From: Oscillospiraceae bacterium
Lineage (GTDB): Bacteria; Bacillota; Clostridia; Oscillospirales; SIG627
Direction: 5' to 3'
Length of the DNA stretch: 64,000 bases
Assembly: GCA_015065325.1 (NCBI GenBank)
Contig: SVQO01000002.1
Span: forward strand, 93,005 to 157,004
Within the stretch, counting starts at the first letter, position 1. The number at the start of each line of letters is the position of its first letter. Position numbers and translations under genes: made by a program. Shown here piece by piece: positions 63,228 to 64,000 of the stretch. Below the pieces are notes generated by a model that did no database searches, was not told the origin of the DNA, and worked only from the letters and a program-made list of their open reading frames with translations.

Positions 63228-64000
63228 ATGAAAAAAATCGTCGCCATCCTTTGCTTGCTTGCAGTCGTGCTGCCCCTGTGCGCCTGCGCTTCCCCTTCCC
63301 TGGAAAGCGAACAAATTAAGCCTGCACAGGAAACCAAGCCCGCTTCAGAGAAGAAGACCGAAGCTACTCCGAAAAATGAAAAATTCAAGGTTCCCGACGA
63401 TCTGCCCGAGGGCTTCACCGTAGGCTTTGGCAGAGGGGATATCTCTATGACTCCCCTGCCCATTTACGAGGGAACCGCAGAGACCATACACGACCCCATT
63501 ATGCTGACCTGCACCGCCGTTTCCGACGGTGAAAACGTGGCACTTCTCATGTCTGCCGACCTGAAGAGCATTCAGCGCGGTCTGACCGTTCAGACCAGAA
63601 ATAAGATCACGAAGGATTTCGGCATTCCCGGAGAGTTTGTGATCATCAACACCACCCACTCCCATAACGCCCACACCGCAGGCGGCACCACCGCCGAATT
63701 GACCCGCTGGACAAAGATTTGGTACGAGCAGGTCAAGATCGTGGTGGGAGAAGCGCTCCGTGACCTTGCCCCCGCGGAAGCCTACATCGGCGTTTCTCAT
63801 ACCGAGGGCATCACCTTCGTTCGCCGTTACCTTTTGGCAAACGGCAAATACCAGACCAACCCCTCCGCCTCCAACAATCCCGTTGCCCACGAATCCGAGG
63901 CAGACAACGAGCTTCGCACCCTCAGATTTAAGCGCGAGGGCAAGAAGGACGTTCTTCTGGTCAACTACCAGACCCACTACGGCGGAGCAACCGGTATGTA
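63228..64000 (+). CDS. HxH hydrolase-family lipoprotein, array member 13; 3' end outside the window
   Basis: Absent from the ORF track because no stop is reached. My translation from ATG 63228 gives MKKIVAILCLLAVVLPLCACASPS..EKFKVPDDLPEGFTVGFGRGDIS..DPIMLTCTAVSDGE..NTTHSHNAH..FVRRYL..HESEADNELRTLRF..NYQTHYGGATGM, open to the window edge. Confidence 0.8.
   Translation, partial: MKKIVAILCLLAVVLPLCACASPSLESEQIKPAQETKPASEKKTEATPKNEKFKVPDDLPEGFTVGFGRGDISMTPLPIYEGTAETIHDPIMLTCTAVSDGENVALLMSADLKSIQRGLTVQTRNKITKDFGIPGEFVIINTTHSHNAHTAGGTTAELTRWTKIWYEQVKIVVGEALRDLAPAEAYIGVSHTEGITFVRRYLLANGKYQTNPSASNNPVAHESEADNELRTLRFKREGKKDVLLVNYQTHYGGATGM

Noticed and set aside
44216-63977. Antisense ORFs of 210-577 aa opposite every array gene (e.g. 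44216..45523, 45668..47305, 52824..54557, 58326..59894)
   Set aside because: Each overlaps a plus-strand gene that has an RBS, a lipobox and conserved family motifs. The antisense translations are G/A/V-rich and conserved only as mirror images, and they run across terminators and promoters.
44186-64000. Phase-variable or shufflon-type or DGR-type variation system for the array
   Set aside because: There is no recombinase, invertase or reverse transcriptase gene, no inverted repeats flanking the promoters, and no template/variable repeat pair. The A7 runs at the MKK start codons and the T6-T7 runs in promoter spacers are short, and their lengths are consistent with functional genes. Only conversion-like tracts are supported.
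44186-64000. Calling the array a sphingolipid (ceramide) catabolic locus
   Set aside because: The resemblance to ceramidase is motif-level only, and the embedded GDPD gene is weak context. This is kept as a hypothesis to test, not as an annotation.
1-64000. tRNA, rRNA, transposase, integrase and prophage genes
   Set aside because: None was recognised on either strand. All sizeable gaps are accounted for by promoters, terminators or the repeats described.

Overview
This looks like a chromosomal window from a Gram-positive, clostridial-type anaerobe. That is inferred from GGAGG ribosome-binding sites, lipobox lipoproteins, a HydABC-type [FeFe]-hydrogenase operon and cohesin/dockerin modules. 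I call about 45 protein genes and saw no rRNA, tRNA, CRISPR, transposase, integrase or phage genes. The left two thirds (1-44 kb) carry mixed metabolic genes: two M20 peptidases, a PrpD-like protein, alr, a 2-hydroxyacid dehydrogenase, a CapA-like protein, a GH27 alpha-galactosidase, a galactokinase-like kinase, hydCBA, a GH89-like hydrolase and an MBL hydrolase. This part also holds a BMP-type ABC transporter with two binding lipoproteins, an esterase, a Gfo/Idh/MocA oxidoreductase, an AraC regulator and nadE. Interspersed are three surface proteins with cohesin-like and/or dockerin-like modules, one of them translationally coupled to a WYL regulator. The stand-out feature is the right third, from 44186 to the window end and evidently beyond. 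It is a same-strand tandem array of at least 13 paralogous genes of about 425-495 aa, 12 of them lipoproteins, with a conserved (T/S)H(T/S)H metal-site-like motif. By motif only, they resemble the N-terminal domain of neutral/alkaline ceramidases. A glycerophosphodiester phosphodiesterase gene is embedded in the array. Another family copy lies at 38025..39530 (minus strand) and a leaderless distant homologue at 9611..11107. The array is punctuated by a reiterated terminator / palindromic box / promoter cassette and shows mosaic, gene-conversion-like tracts. Other unexplained structure: a 107-bp tandem repeat fused to the 3' end of alr, six in-frame 153-bp Cys/His-rich coding repeats, a two-copy bipartite hairpin element, and a HydA H-cluster motif reading TSCSPGW instead of TSCCPxW. 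All family assignments rest on motif recognition by eye; no database search was run.
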